Shown: one piece after another, positions 6,985-17,089 of the stretch | How the letters are laid out: each line of letters starts with the position of its first letter | Position numbering within the stretch: the first letter of the stretch is position 1 | DNA from: Sphingobacterium sp. | GTDB lineage: Bacteria > Bacteroidota > Bacteroidia > SpSt-205 | Direction of reading: 5' to 3' | Assembly (NCBI GenBank): GCA_028276345.1 | Contig: JAPYWM010000001.1 | Location: forward strand, 1-45,594 | Length of the DNA: 45,594 bases | Translations under genes and position numbers: made by a program | Notes under the pieces: generated by a model | Seen by the model: the letters and a program-made list of their open reading frames with translations, nothing else | The model's database searches: none | What the model was told of the DNA's origin: nothing

Positions 6985-9615
6985 TTAGCGGGACTGGGGC
7001 CGATTTTGCGCGAAGAAAGCTGCGTACTCATGTAGGCGCTTCTGGGTGTAGGCGATGCGGAAGTTAGACTGCGTAATGGGGAAAATATCCTGATTAGGCC
7101 GAAGTTGAAGATTCTGGAACCAGGGCTGGGATGCTATCGTAGAGATGTAGGCATCTGCTGCGCGATAATCACTAAACTGCGCAATGTATGCTAAGTGATA
7201 GCTCTGCTCGTACAGGAATACGACGACGTTTAGGCGGCTGTCGGCGAAGGCGGTCTGGTGGGTACGGGATAGATGCTGTTTGAGGTCATCGCTGCTAATG
7301 CGGTCTTTTGGCACGAGGAGGAGCACGAGGATGGGCTCATTGCTGCGGGGTTCCAGCGAGAAGGGAGTACTGCTGCTGGAGACAGATGAAGGCGGGGTAG
7401 GAGCGGTGGCACTGGGGGCTGCGGGAGTGGGGTTGGCTTCGGCGAGGAGCTGGGTCTGGCCTTTTTCTAAGCGGGCGAGGAGTTTCTGCGCAGTGGGGGT
7501 ACAGGGGGCTTGCGGGAAGTTCTGTATCAAGAGGCGCAGGTGGGCCTTGGCTTCCTCGTAGTTTTGGAGGTGGGTCAGCGCTGCAGCTAACAGATATCGG
7601 ATGGCGGGCTCAGAAGCGGTTTTTTCCCAGCGGTTTTGCGTAACTTTTGCAAAGCCTACTACTGTCTCATACTCCTCCCGTTCATAGGCTTCCAGGAGGG
7701 CGGCGTGAATGTCCTCTACGGTGCTTTTTTCGTCTAAGCGGCGGCCGCCTCTGAGGCGCTGGGCATACTCGGAGTCCGGGTAGCGGGAAAGAAGCTCTTG
7801 CTTAGGCTTTTCAGCTTCTAGGGTGCCGGCGGCTAGGACATACAGGCCATACAGGGCCGGCGCTTGGGCCTCGCTGCGATGTGGGAGCCGATGATAAAGC
7901 CAAGTGTATGTTTTTTTAGCGGAGTCGGGCCGCTGGAAGGCCTCTTGGTAAAGCTGGGCTAAAAGTAGCGCAGAAGTGATGAGGGAGTCTTCGAGGGCCC
8001 GTTTTTGGGTGGGCGATTGGGGGATAGTGGCGCGCAGCTGCCGTTTGAGGAGAGCGACTTTCTGGGGGGTGAGGGCAGCTGGGTCATCCGGCCAGACGAC
8101 CTTAGTGGAGTCGGATTCGCTGGTGCTTTTTGGTGTCTCGCCGGAGGTGGCGGAGGTGGTAGCAACTGTCGTTTTCTGGCGGCGGCGCCAGTGGTCTTCA
8201 TCGGGACGGTCTCCCCACTGCCGCTTGAACTCCTGCTTCCCCTGTGATACCAGCATGGGATTGTCAAAGTAGAATCCCCCTCCCGAACCGCCCTGCCTCT
8301 GCTGGAGGAGGGGATTGGGCGACGTAGCAGACGCTTCCTGCGTCTGAGCTTGCTGGCGGGCCTTTTCCGCAGCTCGGCGGCTCACCTCGCTTTGAATATA
8401 CGCTTCTAAGGCCCGATCCAGCTCTTCTGGCGAGAGCCTGCTGAGCGTGAGGAGACTATCGTACAGCCGCACTTCCGTTCGCAGCCGGCCATATTCCTGA
8501 AAGCGGCTCTGCACGGCTTTTATTTCTGGGGCGCGGGGGTGCTTCTCAGGAATCAATGTAGCCGCCGAATCATAATGCTTCTGCGCTGAGGAGAGGTCCT
8601 GATACTGCATGAAGTAAAGATTACCTGCCTCATAATGGGCCAACGCCCGAGCAGGTGAGTTTCCGGCACTGCCGGCTTTCTTAAAGTAAGCAAGGGCGGT
8701 TTCGTAGTTTTTACTTTCCAGGGCAATGTGCCCCAGACGATAGTAAATCTGGTCCCGGTAATCTTCGTAGCGGGCTTGCTGGGCCATGCGCTCCAGTCGC
8801 CGGATGAGGCGCGGGTCCCGGGAGCCCGCTAAGAGACTTTTCTGTAACTGCGCCTGAAAAGTGAGCTGATTTGTGGGGTTGAGACGCACAACTTTCTGAA
8901 ACGCTTGTAAAGCAGCATCCGGCTTGTTCTGCTCTAAATAAAGCTGCCCCAAAAGATAAAAAGCCCGGGCCCGCCGGATACGGCTATTCAGCTTGCCGGC
9001 GCTCCGCTCTAAAAACTTTATTGCCAAAGCAGGTTCACCCTTATCAATCAGCGCTTGTGCTAAGAGCGCATCAGCCTCTGCGCGTAGCTGTTTCGGGACT
9101 TCTTTTGCGGGCATTTTGAGAATTTCCGTCAGACGCGTCTCAGCCCGAAAGGGATTATTGTCGTGAAGGGCCGCATAAGCTTCCCACCAGTACACCTTTG
9201 ACCGCAGGGGGGTCTTCGGAAAAGCACTCAGGACGTAGGTGAAATTCTGTTCAGCATTTGGGAGATTGCTTCGCAAAACCCAGCACTGACCAATCAGCGT
9301 TCGGCAATCGTCAATATACTTGCCATTCTTGTGGCGAAAGATAATCACCTCGCACTTTTTAGTGGCTTCTTCTAAGCGGCCATAATGTTCTCGGGCAACA
9401 GCGGGGTCGATGAGGGGAAAGACCCGGACATAGCCTTCGGTGGGGTCGGGCGTTTTGAGTTCTATCTCGGCCTGAGCGGTACGAAAGCGCTTATCGGCGT
9501 GGTAGTAGCCATTGAAGTAGGAGACGAATGTATGATAGTTCCGGGCGAGGAAGTTCTGACGCTCGGCGCCGCAGCCCAAAATCAGGAGCACCAGCAAGAG
9601 GCCGCCGTACCGCAT
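6985..9615 (-). CDS. porW: TPR-repeat lipoprotein, probable T9SS component PorW/SprE
   Basis: Trimmed to the ATG at 9615: MRYGGLLLVLLILGC has a lipobox. The N-terminal FLARNYHTFVSYFNGYY resembles the SprE/PorW N-terminal motif as I recall it. The protein is about 876 aa with many TPR-like helical repeats, comparable in size to SprE. Confidence 0.55.
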   Translation of the reverse strand: MRYGGLLLVLLILGCGAERQNFLARNYHTFVSYFNGYYHADKRFRTAQAEIELKTPDPTEGYVRVFPLIDPAVAREHYGRLEEATKKCEVIIFRHKNGKYIDDCRTLIGQCWVLRSNLPNAEQNFTYVLSAFPKTPLRSKVYWWEAYAALHDNNPFRAETRLTEILKMPAKEVPKQLRAEADALLAQALIDKGEPALAIKFLERSAGKLNSRIRRARAFYLLGQLYLEQNKPDAALQAFQKVVRLNPTNQLTFQAQLQKSLLAGSRDPRLIRRLERMAQQARYEDYRDQIYYRLGHIALESKNYETALAYFKKAGSAGNSPARALAHYEAGNLYFMQYQDLSSAQKHYDSAATLIPEKHPRAPEIKAVQSRFQEYGRLRTEVRLYDSLLTLSRLSPEELDRALEAYIQSEVSRRAAEKARQQAQTQEASATSPNPLLQQRQGGSGGGFYFDNPMLVSQGKQEFKRQWGDRPDEDHWRRRQKTTVATTSATSGETPKSTSESDSTKVVWPDDPAALTPQKVALLKRQLRATIPQSPTQKRALEDSLITSALLLAQLYQEAFQRPDSAKKTYTWLYHRLPHRSEAQAPALYGLYVLAAGTLEAEKPKQELLSRYPDSEYAQRLRGGRRLDEKSTVEDIHAALLEAYEREEYETVVGFAKVTQNRWEKTASEPAIRYLLAAALTHLQNYEEAKAHLRLLIQNFPQAPCTPTAQKLLARLEKGQTQLLAEANPTPAAPSATAPTPPSSVSSSSTPFSLEPRSNEPILVLLLVPKDRISSDDLKQHLSRTHQTAFADSRLNVVVFLYEQSYHLAYIAQFSDYRAADAYISTIASQPWFQNLQLRPNQDIFPITQSNFRIAYTQKRLHEYAAFFAQNRPQSR

Positions 9616-9639
9616 CCGCAATAGAAGAAGCCAGATGTT

Positions 9640-9647
9640 CAAAGGTA
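9640..9647 (-). promoter_or_regulatory. -7 box TACCTTTG upstream of the porW-like gene
   Basis: Exact TAnnTTTG match on the minus strand, 24 nt upstream of the ATG at 9615. Confidence 0.45.
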
Positions 9648-9814
9648 AGAAAAAGAAGCGATAGGCGGTGCATGTAGTGACAGCGCCGCCTCCTGCCACT
9701 CCTCGGCATCCCCCTTTGCGCAGCACTCGGCCGCCATTCTGCAAGCAACCCGCTGAATACCTGGTAAGGGGCCTCTCCCCCCCCGCTCTCCTACCGCCCT
9801 ATTATTTTGTTTAG

Positions 9815-11305
9815 ATGCTCGTGCGAAAAGTAGCTATCTGGCTTTTGCATGATCTGCGTCTGCATGATCATCCCGCTCTGCAGGCGGCTTTAGCGGATGG
9901 AGCTGAAGCGCTCTCTTTCGTGTATGTGTGGGGGCCGCCTCATCTGAGCTGGGGTACTTTTAGTTATCCAGCCCCTTATCCGGCCTCTCGGCGCTTGCAT
10001 CCCCTGCGAGAACGCTTTCTGATAGAGAGCCTGCTGGACCTGTCGGCGCGGATTCGCCCTGCGGCACTGTATATCTTACAGGGGGAGCCGCACGAGGTTT
10101 TGCCCCGATGGGCCGCCGAAAAAGGCATCTCTGCCCTTTATGCGCACACGGAAATAGCCCCCGAAGAAAAACGTTATCAGGCCGCCGTTCAAAAAGCGCT
10201 CCAAGCGCACGGCATTCCGCTTAAGCTCGTGGAAGGGAACGCCCTTTACGAAGAGGCCCAGCTCCCTTTCCCGGTGGAGAGTCTGCCGTTTCTCTTTACG
10301 CGGTTTCGGCAGTTAATGGAGCGGCATGCAACTGTCAAAAGCCCTTTGCCCTCGCCGGCTACCCTGCCGCCCTGGCCCGAAACCGAACCCACTGGGTTGG
10401 ACTTCCTCAAAGCGCACCTGCAAACCCTCCCCCCCCCGCCTGAGCGCGCCTTCGTCTGGCAAGGTGGTGAAACGGCTGGCCTCAAACGCCTCCAGGATTA
10501 CCTCAGCGGCCCCGTTTTCACCTACAAGCAAACCCGGAATAACTTCTTGGGGGAAAACTTCAGCAGTCGGCTTTCGCCCTATTTAGCGCTGGGGTGTCTC
10601 TCCCCCCGACAGGTCTATGCCCTGCTGCGCGAGGCTGAAAAGCAGCATGGCGCCAATGAGTCTACCTACTGGCTCTTCTTTGAGCTTTTGTGGCGGGAAT
10701 ACTTCCGCTGGCTTCTCAAAAAAGAAAAAGGGCGGTTTTTTGCTGCGGGGGGCCTCAGAGACATGCATATCCCCTGGCAGCAGGATGAGAAGCTCTTCAC
10801 GGCTTGGGTGGAGGGCCGTACTGGCTACCCTATCGTGGATGCGGCCATGCGCGAGCTAAAGTCCACGGCTTGGACGTCTAATCGGGCCAGGCAGATTGTG
10901 GCGAGCGTCTTCACCAAAAACCTCCTGATGGATTGGCGGTGGGGGGCGAGTTACTTTGAGACGGCGCTCATAGACTACGATACAGCCAGCAACTGGGGAA
11001 ACTGGCTCTATCAGGCGGGGGTCGGGACAGATGGGCGGGGCTTCCGGTGGTTCGATCCGGTGCGGCAGGCCCGTCTCTACGACGCCGAAGCGACTTATAT
11101 CAAGACATGGCTGCCCGAGCTGCGGAGCCTTTCGCACACGGAGGCGTACTTCCCTACTCCGCAAGTTCGCCAGCGGGTAGGCTATCCCGCCCCTATTGTA
11201 GAGTGGCAGCCCAGTCTCCAGCGCGCCAAAGACACCTGGTACCGCGCCCTACGCGGCGAACCTACGGGTAACCAGCTCCTTCGCCTCCGGGCCGATGAGG
11301 ACTGA
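9815..11305 (+). CDS. Cryptochrome/photolyase family protein, DASH type
   Basis: N-terminal photolyase domain (VAIWLLHDLRLHDHPAL). FAD-binding domain with TGYPIVDAAMREL, SNRARQIVASVF and the DASH-like LIDYDTASNWGNWLYQAGVG. Confidence 0.8.
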   Translation: MLVRKVAIWLLHDLRLHDHPALQAALADGAEALSFVYVWGPPHLSWGTFSYPAPYPASRRLHPLRERFLIESLLDLSARIRPAALYILQGEPHEVLPRWAAEKGISALYAHTEIAPEEKRYQAAVQKALQAHGIPLKLVEGNALYEEAQLPFPVESLPFLFTRFRQLMERHATVKSPLPSPATLPPWPETEPTGLDFLKAHLQTLPPPPERAFVWQGGETAGLKRLQDYLSGPVFTYKQTRNNFLGENFSSRLSPYLALGCLSPRQVYALLREAEKQHGANESTYWLFFELLWREYFRWLLKKEKGRFFAAGGLRDMHIPWQQDEKLFTAWVEGRTGYPIVDAAMRELKSTAWTSNRARQIVASVFTKNLLMDWRWGASYFETALIDYDTASNWGNWLYQAGVGTDGRGFRWFDPVRQARLYDAEATYIKTWLPELRSLSHTEAYFPTPQVRQRVGYPAPIVEWQPSLQRAKDTWYRALRGEPTGNQLLRLRADED

Positions 11306-12911
11306 ATCTCACGCTACCCTCTCCCCACTCTCCGTAGAAGCCTCCTACCAGCACGCCGAGGCCCTCACGCGCCAGTATGCGCGCACGTTTTACTTTGCTT
11401 CGGCCCTGCTGCCCCCAGCCCAGCGCAAACACGCCTATGCCATCTATGCCTTTTGTCGAACGGCCGATAGCCTCGTAGATGAAGCTGAGGAAGGCCACGC
11501 CAAAGAAGACATTCAGGCGCGCCTCTCTGAGCTAAGACGTTTCGTGCAGGCGCCACATACTTTCGTGCCCGATTACCCTTGGGCACGGGCGTTTCAGGAG
11601 ACCCTTTCAGCCCTTGCCGTTCCCGTGCATCTCTTCGTGGAGCTCCTGAATGGCGTGGAAATGGATCTCTACAAAAGCCGCTATGCCACGTTTGCGGAGC
11701 TTTACTTGTATTGCTATCGGGTGGCGGGGGTCGTGGGCCAAATGATGTGTTATGTGTACGGCCTGACGGACGAAGCCAGCCTCTCTTATGCCGAAAAGCT
11801 CGGCGTAGCCATGCAGCTCACGAACATCCTCCGCGATGTAGGGGAAGACTGGGGGCGGGGGCGATTGTATATCCCAGAGGATGCGCTTCGGAAGTTTGGG
11901 GTATCGGAGGCCGAGATAGGCGCTAAACAGGCCACTCCAGCTTACGAAGCGCTCATCCGAGATCAGATTGCGCAGGCTCGCGCCTATTATCGGGAGGCTG
12001 CACCGGGCATCGCGCGTATTCCTTCTGTGCCGATTCGGCTTACTACGCTGGTCATGGCCCGCCTGTATGAGGGCATCCTGGATAAGCTGGAAAAACATCC
12101 TGCCCAGAACCTCACGCAGCGCACCGCCCTTTCCCGCTTGGAAAAGTACCTTCTGACGGGGCAAACTTTTCTGGGGCTGACACCTGTGGGCAGTAAACCC
12201 CTTCCTGCTTTTTACCGGCTGGCGGTGGCTTTCCTACTCCTGCTCACGCCGTTTGCGGTGGTGGATACGCTGACGGGGGCTTTTGCTGGGATGGCCGGGC
12301 TTACTGATAGTCTGTATCTGCTTTTGTGGGGTGGGGCAGGGGCTTATCTCGTGGCGGTCCGCCAAGCTACCTTGTGGAAAGCCTGGGCCTTGAGCACCCT
12401 CTTAGGATATGGCATCGAGCTGATAGGCACGCAAACAGGGTATCCCTTTGGGCCGTACCGCTATACGGACGTCCTGCGGCCGCAGGTGCTGGGGGTTCCG
12501 GTAGCCATAGCGATAGCGTGGGGGAGCTTAGTGGGGCTATGGGGTCTCCTTGGGCCGCAAGGTCGCCTTAAACGAGCCCTCTGGGTAGCTATCGGCGCGG
12601 TCGCGACGGACGTTCTCTTAGAGCCGTATGCCACCGCTATCCGGGGTTACTGGCAGTGGGAGACACCTGCGATCCCCCTCGCTAACTACCTCTCCTGGGG
12701 CGTCTTTGCCGCTTTGCTCAGCTTGCTTTATCCCCGTCGTACCGCCTTGCAGGCTACTTACCCGGATGTGCTATTTAACCTGGGGCGTGTGCTTCTCTTT
12801 CTCCTGGTGCTGCTCCTTCTCGTAGCGAATCTGGTGCAGGGGCAGCAGGTTTTCATCAGCTTCATCGCTGCCATCACCATAGTCATCCTGCTTTTATGGC
12901 GTCGTATCTGA
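11295..12911 (+). CDS. crtB: Fusion protein: phytoene synthase (CrtB) N-domain plus a CruF-like carotenoid biosynthesis membrane domain (Caroten_synth/DUF422 type)
   Basis: Residues 1 to about 290 carry the squalene/phytoene synthase motifs YAFCRTADSLVDE and MQLTNILRDVGED. Residues about 300 to 538 are polytopic, with IELIGTQTGYPFGPYRYTDVLRPQVLGVPVAIAIAWG, which resembles CruF-type carotenoid 1,2-hydratases as I recall them. Confidence 0.7.
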   Translation: MRTESHATLSPLSVEASYQHAEALTRQYARTFYFASALLPPAQRKHAYAIYAFCRTADSLVDEAEEGHAKEDIQARLSELRRFVQAPHTFVPDYPWARAFQETLSALAVPVHLFVELLNGVEMDLYKSRYATFAELYLYCYRVAGVVGQMMCYVYGLTDEASLSYAEKLGVAMQLTNILRDVGEDWGRGRLYIPEDALRKFGVSEAEIGAKQATPAYEALIRDQIAQARAYYREAAPGIARIPSVPIRLTTLVMARLYEGILDKLEKHPAQNLTQRTALSRLEKYLLTGQTFLGLTPVGSKPLPAFYRLAVAFLLLLTPFAVVDTLTGAFAGMAGLTDSLYLLLWGGAGAYLVAVRQATLWKAWALSTLLGYGIELIGTQTGYPFGPYRYTDVLRPQVLGVPVAIAIAWGSLVGLWGLLGPQGRLKRALWVAIGAVATDVLLEPYATAIRGYWQWETPAIPLANYLSWGVFAALLSLLYPRRTALQATYPDVLFNLGRVLLFLLVLLLLVANLVQGQQVFISFIAAITIVILLLWRRI

Positions 12912-13210
12912 TAGCACTCCTGCTGGCCTTTGCGGGGCCTTTTCTGCTAAGCTTCCACTGGAATGTGCGAAAGGCTATCTGGTCGTGTCCGCGCCGGCTC
13001 GTTTGGAGTTTGTTACTCATGAGCGTACCTTTCTGGGTGTGGGACGTAGCAGTTACGAGTCGCGGGCATTGGAGCTTTTCGGAGGCCCATACCCTGCCGT
13101 TCCGCTTAGGGCTTTTACCCATAGAAGAGTGGCTCTTTTTCCCGGTGGTAGGGTTCATTGCGATTTTTCTGTGGGAAGTGGTGGGCTATTATCAGCGTCG
13201 GCATGCCTGA
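12896..13210 (+). CDS. crtYc: Lycopene cyclase domain protein (heterodimeric cyclase subunit)
   Basis: 104-aa membrane protein with the PIEEWLFFPV motif (PxEE). It overlaps the crtB stop by 16 nt. Confidence 0.7.
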   Translation: MASYLIALLLAFAGPFLLSFHWNVRKAIWSCPRRLVWSLLLMSVPFWVWDVAVTSRGHWSFSEAHTLPFRLGLLPIEEWLFFPVVGFIAIFLWEVVGYYQRRHA

Positions 13211-13514
13211 GTATACCCTTTTGACGGCGGTAGCCCTAATGGTTGCCATTGGGATAGACCTGTGGGTGCTGCGGACGGGACTGGTGGGCACTCGGCGCTT
13301 TTGGCTGACGGTGCTGGCTATTATACCGGGTAAGCTCCTCCTGAATGGCTACCTCACCGCTGTACCTATCGTACTGTATCACAAACCCCACTACCTCGGC
13401 ATTCGGGTGGGCAGCATCCCGGTGGAGGATTTCTTTTACATGCTGGCGATAGTGCTTTTAGTGCTTAGCCTGTGGGAAAAGCTGAAAAGCGTATGTCGCG
13501 CCGGCTTGTCGTGA
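13203..13514 (+). CDS. crtYd: Lycopene cyclase domain protein (second subunit)
   Basis: Trimmed to the ATG at 13203 (MPEYTLLTAVAL). It has the IPVEDFFYML motif (PxED) and overlaps the crtYc stop by 8 nt (ATGCCTGA). Confidence 0.7.
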   Translation: MPEYTLLTAVALMVAIGIDLWVLRTGLVGTRRFWLTVLAIIPGKLLLNGYLTAVPIVLYHKPHYLGIRVGSIPVEDFFYMLAIVLLVLSLWEKLKSVCRAGLS

Positions 13515-14968
13515 TTGGCGGGGGCATAGCGGGGCTGAGTGCGGCCCTTACCGCTGCTCGTCGGGGCTTTCGCGTCACGCTTTTGGAAAAGAATCGCTCC
13601 TTAGGCGGCAAACTCCATGAGCGCTGGGTCGGCCCTTACCGCTTTGATGCCGGGCCTTCGCTGGTTACCTTCCCCCACTTTTTTGAGGAGATGCTGGGGG
13701 TGGGCCGGCTCACCTTTCAGAGCGTAGAGCCGCATACCCACTACTTTTTCCCGGATGGGCTGGCGCTTACGCTGTATCATGATGCTGAGCGGCAGGCGGA
13801 GGAGATAGGGACGAAGTTAGGCGCTGAGGCGGTGGGCCGGTGGCAAAACTACCTCACCTACGCCCGGAGACTCTATGAGCGTGCTGCCCCGGTGTTTTTG
13901 CAGCTGCCTATTCACGATGTGGGTACCCTGCTCCGAAGTGCGCTTTTCTGGCGGCACTTGCCCTACTTGCCGCTAATAGACGGGCACCGACGGATGCATG
14001 AGGCTGCTGAAAAAATTTTACGCTATGCGCCCTTAGTGCAGATTGCTGATCGCTACAGCACCTTTGTGGGTGGCAATCCCTATACGCTCCCGGCCACTTT
14101 TCACCTGATCAGTTGGGTAGAAAACGGCCTGGGAAACCATCACATTAAGGGCGGGCTTTACCAGATCGTGCGTGCTTTTGAGGAGGCCTTACAAGAGGCG
14201 GGTGTAACGATTTTCTTAGAGACGCCGGCCCGTCGGATTCACCTGCGGGGGGAGCGCCCAGCTGCCGTTGAGACCCACAATGGCCTTATTGATGCAGACG
14301 CCATCATCGTGGCCACTGATCACACGTATGCCCAGCAGAGCCTTCTGGGCCGAAAGACTTATCCTACGCCTAAACAAAGCCTGTCTGGTTTAGTGTTTTT
14401 GTGGGGTGTGGAGGGGGTCTCGCCCTTTGGGCATCACAACATCTTATTTAGTGGGGACTATGCGGGGGAGTTTGCGGCGATTGCGGCTGGGCGGCTGGAT
14501 TATGAACCGACGGTGTATGTGTGCATCTCGGCGCGGACGGATTCGGCGGATGCGCCAGCCGGGAGCGAAAACTGGTTCGTTCTGCTGAATGTGCCGCCTG
14601 TAGGTTCGGCCTGGCGGGAGGAGGATACGATGCGGTTTCGAGAGCGGGCGATAAGGCGGATAAGGCAGGTGTGGGGGGCATTTGCGCCGGAGCGGATACG
14701 GGCGGAGGCGGTGATTACGCCGGCGGAGTGGGCGAGCATGCATTACAGTACGGGCGGAAGCCTCTATGGCATGGCGCCGGAGGGGATACTGGCCGCTTTT
14801 CGCCGGCCAGCCAACCGCGACCCTTATGTCAAGGGCCTTTATTATGCCAGTGGTACGGTTCACCCCGGCGGTGGCCTCCCCCTTTCTCTCAAGTCCGGTC
14901 AAATAGCTGCACACCTCGCCGCACAAGATTTGTTATCAGAGCGCATATGGGTAAAAAAGTCGTCATAA
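13493..14968 (+). CDS. crtD: Phytoene desaturase-family FAD oxidoreductase, probably a carotenoid 3',4'-desaturase (CrtD-like)
   Basis: MSRRLVVIGGGIAGLSAAL dinucleotide-binding motif, followed by GGKL...YRFDAGPSL. It is the second CrtI-family paralog, next to a canonical crtI and a CruF-like domain. Confidence 0.55.
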   Translation: MSRRLVVIGGGIAGLSAALTAARRGFRVTLLEKNRSLGGKLHERWVGPYRFDAGPSLVTFPHFFEEMLGVGRLTFQSVEPHTHYFFPDGLALTLYHDAERQAEEIGTKLGAEAVGRWQNYLTYARRLYERAAPVFLQLPIHDVGTLLRSALFWRHLPYLPLIDGHRRMHEAAEKILRYAPLVQIADRYSTFVGGNPYTLPATFHLISWVENGLGNHHIKGGLYQIVRAFEEALQEAGVTIFLETPARRIHLRGERPAAVETHNGLIDADAIIVATDHTYAQQSLLGRKTYPTPKQSLSGLVFLWGVEGVSPFGHHNILFSGDYAGEFAAIAAGRLDYEPTVYVCISARTDSADAPAGSENWFVLLNVPPVGSAWREEDTMRFRERAIRRIRQVWGAFAPERIRAEAVITPAEWASMHYSTGGSLYGMAPEGILAAFRRPANRDPYVKGLYYASGTVHPGGGLPLSLKSGQIAAHLAAQDLLSERIWVKKSS

Positions 14969-16464
14969 TCGGGGCTGGTTTTGGGGGTCTGGCTTTGGGG
15001 ATTCGGCTGAGGGCGGTGGGCTTGGACGTGACTATTTTGGACAAGCAGGCCTATCCGGGGGGTCAGGCCCAGCCCCTTCGGCAGGGGGGCTATCGGTTTG
15101 ATATGGGGCCTTCGCTGCTCACGGCCCCAGAGCTGGTAGAAGAGCTTTTTGAGATAGCGGGGCGAGATCGACGGGCTTATCTCTCTTGGGAAAAGCTGGA
15201 CCCCTTTTATCGGGTTTACTTCTGGGATGGCAGCTACATAGATTACACCGATGATGCGGAGCAGATGAAGGCGCAGCTGTCTCGGTTTAGCGACCACGAT
15301 GCCCGGGCGTATGCGGCCTTCATGGAACGTTCTCGGGCTTTTTACCAAGCTGTCATAGAGGAAGGTCTGGGTCGCCGTCCTTTTACGCTGCGAGAGCTTC
15401 TCCGATTTCTTCCTAAGGCGCTCCGCTTAGAGGCTTTGCGCTCCGCTTACGGCTTGGCTGCGAAGTTTTTCAAAGACGAGCGGAGCCGGTTTATTTTTTC
15501 GTTCCATCCGCTTTTCATAGGGGGTGATCCGTTTCGGGCGCCGGCGGTCTATCAGATGATCCCCTACTTGGAAAAGGCTGGGGGGGTGTGGTATGTGCGA
15601 GGCGGAATGCATGGGCTGGCGCAGGGGTTAGCGCAGCTATTTACGGACATTGGAGGGCGGCTGCTTCTTAGGACGGAGGCGCGGCGGATTCACACCCGGG
15701 GTGGACGGGTTGTCGCCGTCCAGACGGACAATGGCGACATCCCCGCTGATGTGGTTGTTTCCAATGCCGACTTCTTCCACACGTATTTTACGCTCTTAGA
15801 TAAAGAGGCGCTGCCCACGCTGGCTCGCTGGCGCCTGCGCCAGTACCAGTATGGGATGAGCGCTTTTCTGATTTATGCGGGGCTGAGCCGGACCTATCCT
15901 GAGACGCTCCCGCACCATACCATTGTTCTGGGTCCCCGTTACCGAGGTCTGGTGGGGGATATTTTCCGGCGGAAGGTTCTGCCGGAGGATTTCTCGCTTT
16001 ATGTGCATGCGCCTACCCGCACAGATGGGAGCTGGGCGCCCCCCGGCGGCGAAAGCCTGTATATTCTCTCCCCCGTGGCCAATCTTCAGAGTGGCATATC
16101 CTGGGCGGACATGGCCCCCCGCTATCAGGAAGCGATTTTGACTTCCCTCCAGCAGCGGCTGTTAGATGGTCTTGAGGGCACAATTCATACGTTGTCGATT
16201 TATACGCCGGAAGACTTTCTTCGGGAGCGGAACTGCACGTGGGGCTCTCCGTGGGGGATTGAGCCGCGCCTTACGCAGACGGCCAACCTCCGCCCACCGA
16301 ATAAGAGCCACTGGATCAAAGGCCTTTACTTAGTCGGGACGAACACACATCCGGGAGCGGGGGTGCCGGGGGTGATTCTTTCGGCAGCGGCCACCGCTCA
16401 GGCTATTTTGCAGGACGTCGGTTTGTCCGAACCTGTTCGTGTCCCTGCGCCTACGTATGAGTAA
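14947..16464 (+). CDS. crtI: Phytoene desaturase
   Basis: Trimmed to the ATG at 14947 (MGKKVVIIGAGFGGLALGIRL). It has GGYRFDMGPSLLT and the C-terminal LYLVGTNTHPGAGVPGV motif typical of CrtI. Confidence 0.8.
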   Translation: MGKKVVIIGAGFGGLALGIRLRAVGLDVTILDKQAYPGGQAQPLRQGGYRFDMGPSLLTAPELVEELFEIAGRDRRAYLSWEKLDPFYRVYFWDGSYIDYTDDAEQMKAQLSRFSDHDARAYAAFMERSRAFYQAVIEEGLGRRPFTLRELLRFLPKALRLEALRSAYGLAAKFFKDERSRFIFSFHPLFIGGDPFRAPAVYQMIPYLEKAGGVWYVRGGMHGLAQGLAQLFTDIGGRLLLRTEARRIHTRGGRVVAVQTDNGDIPADVVVSNADFFHTYFTLLDKEALPTLARWRLRQYQYGMSAFLIYAGLSRTYPETLPHHTIVLGPRYRGLVGDIFRRKVLPEDFSLYVHAPTRTDGSWAPPGGESLYILSPVANLQSGISWADMAPRYQEAILTSLQQRLLDGLEGTIHTLSIYTPEDFLRERNCTWGSPWGIEPRLTQTANLRPPNKSHWIKGLYLVGTNTHPGAGVPGVILSAAATAQAILQDVGLSEPVRVPAPTYE

Positions 16465-17089
16465 GGTGCTCCTCTTTTGGAGCTCTGGGAAAGACAGCGC
16501 CATGGCTTATCAGCGGTTAGTAGCGGAGGGGTTTTCGGTGGCGGCCCTGATAACGACCACCCGGCCCGAGGGGTATGTGCCTTTTCACGAGGTGCCGTTC
16601 AGTGCCGTAGTCGACCAGGCGCGGGCGATAGGATTGCCTCTGTGGCGCCTGCCCCTCCCACACCCTTGCCCCAATACCCTCTACGAAAGCCTCATGGGCG
16701 AACTTTTCCGCCAAGCCCGCCAGCAGGGATTCACTCATGTGGCATTTGGCGACCTGTTTCTAACAGATATTCGCGCTTATCGTGCGCAGCTCGTAGAGAA
16801 GTATGATCTTACGCCGCTTTTCCCAGTCTGGCTTGAGACTTCTGAGGCCTCACCAGCCTACGTCCGCTCTGTGCTGCAAAGTGGCATCCGAGCTATCATC
16901 ACCGCCGTAGATACCAGCCGCCTACCCGCTGACTTAGTCGGGGAACCTTATGATGAGGCTTTTCTGGAAAGGCTACCCCCAGATGTAGACCCTGCGGGGG
17001 AGTACGGCGAGTTTCATACTTTCGTTCAGGAGGCGCCGTTCTTTAGGTTTTCGGTGTCTCTACCGCCGCCGCTACCGCACGCCGGATGA
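16457..17089 (+). CDS. Dph6-related / MJ0570-type PP-loop ATP pyrophosphatase (DUF71)
   Basis: MSKVLLFWSSGKDS PP-loop (SGGKDS-like) and the C-terminal GEYGEFHTFV motif. It overlaps the crtI stop by 8 nt (ATGAGTAA). Confidence 0.7.
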   Translation: MSKVLLFWSSGKDSAMAYQRLVAEGFSVAALITTTRPEGYVPFHEVPFSAVVDQARAIGLPLWRLPLPHPCPNTLYESLMGELFRQARQQGFTHVAFGDLFLTDIRAYRAQLVEKYDLTPLFPVWLETSEASPAYVRSVLQSGIRAIITAVDTSRLPADLVGEPYDEAFLERLPPDVDPAGEYGEFHTFVQEAPFFRFSVSLPPPLPHAG

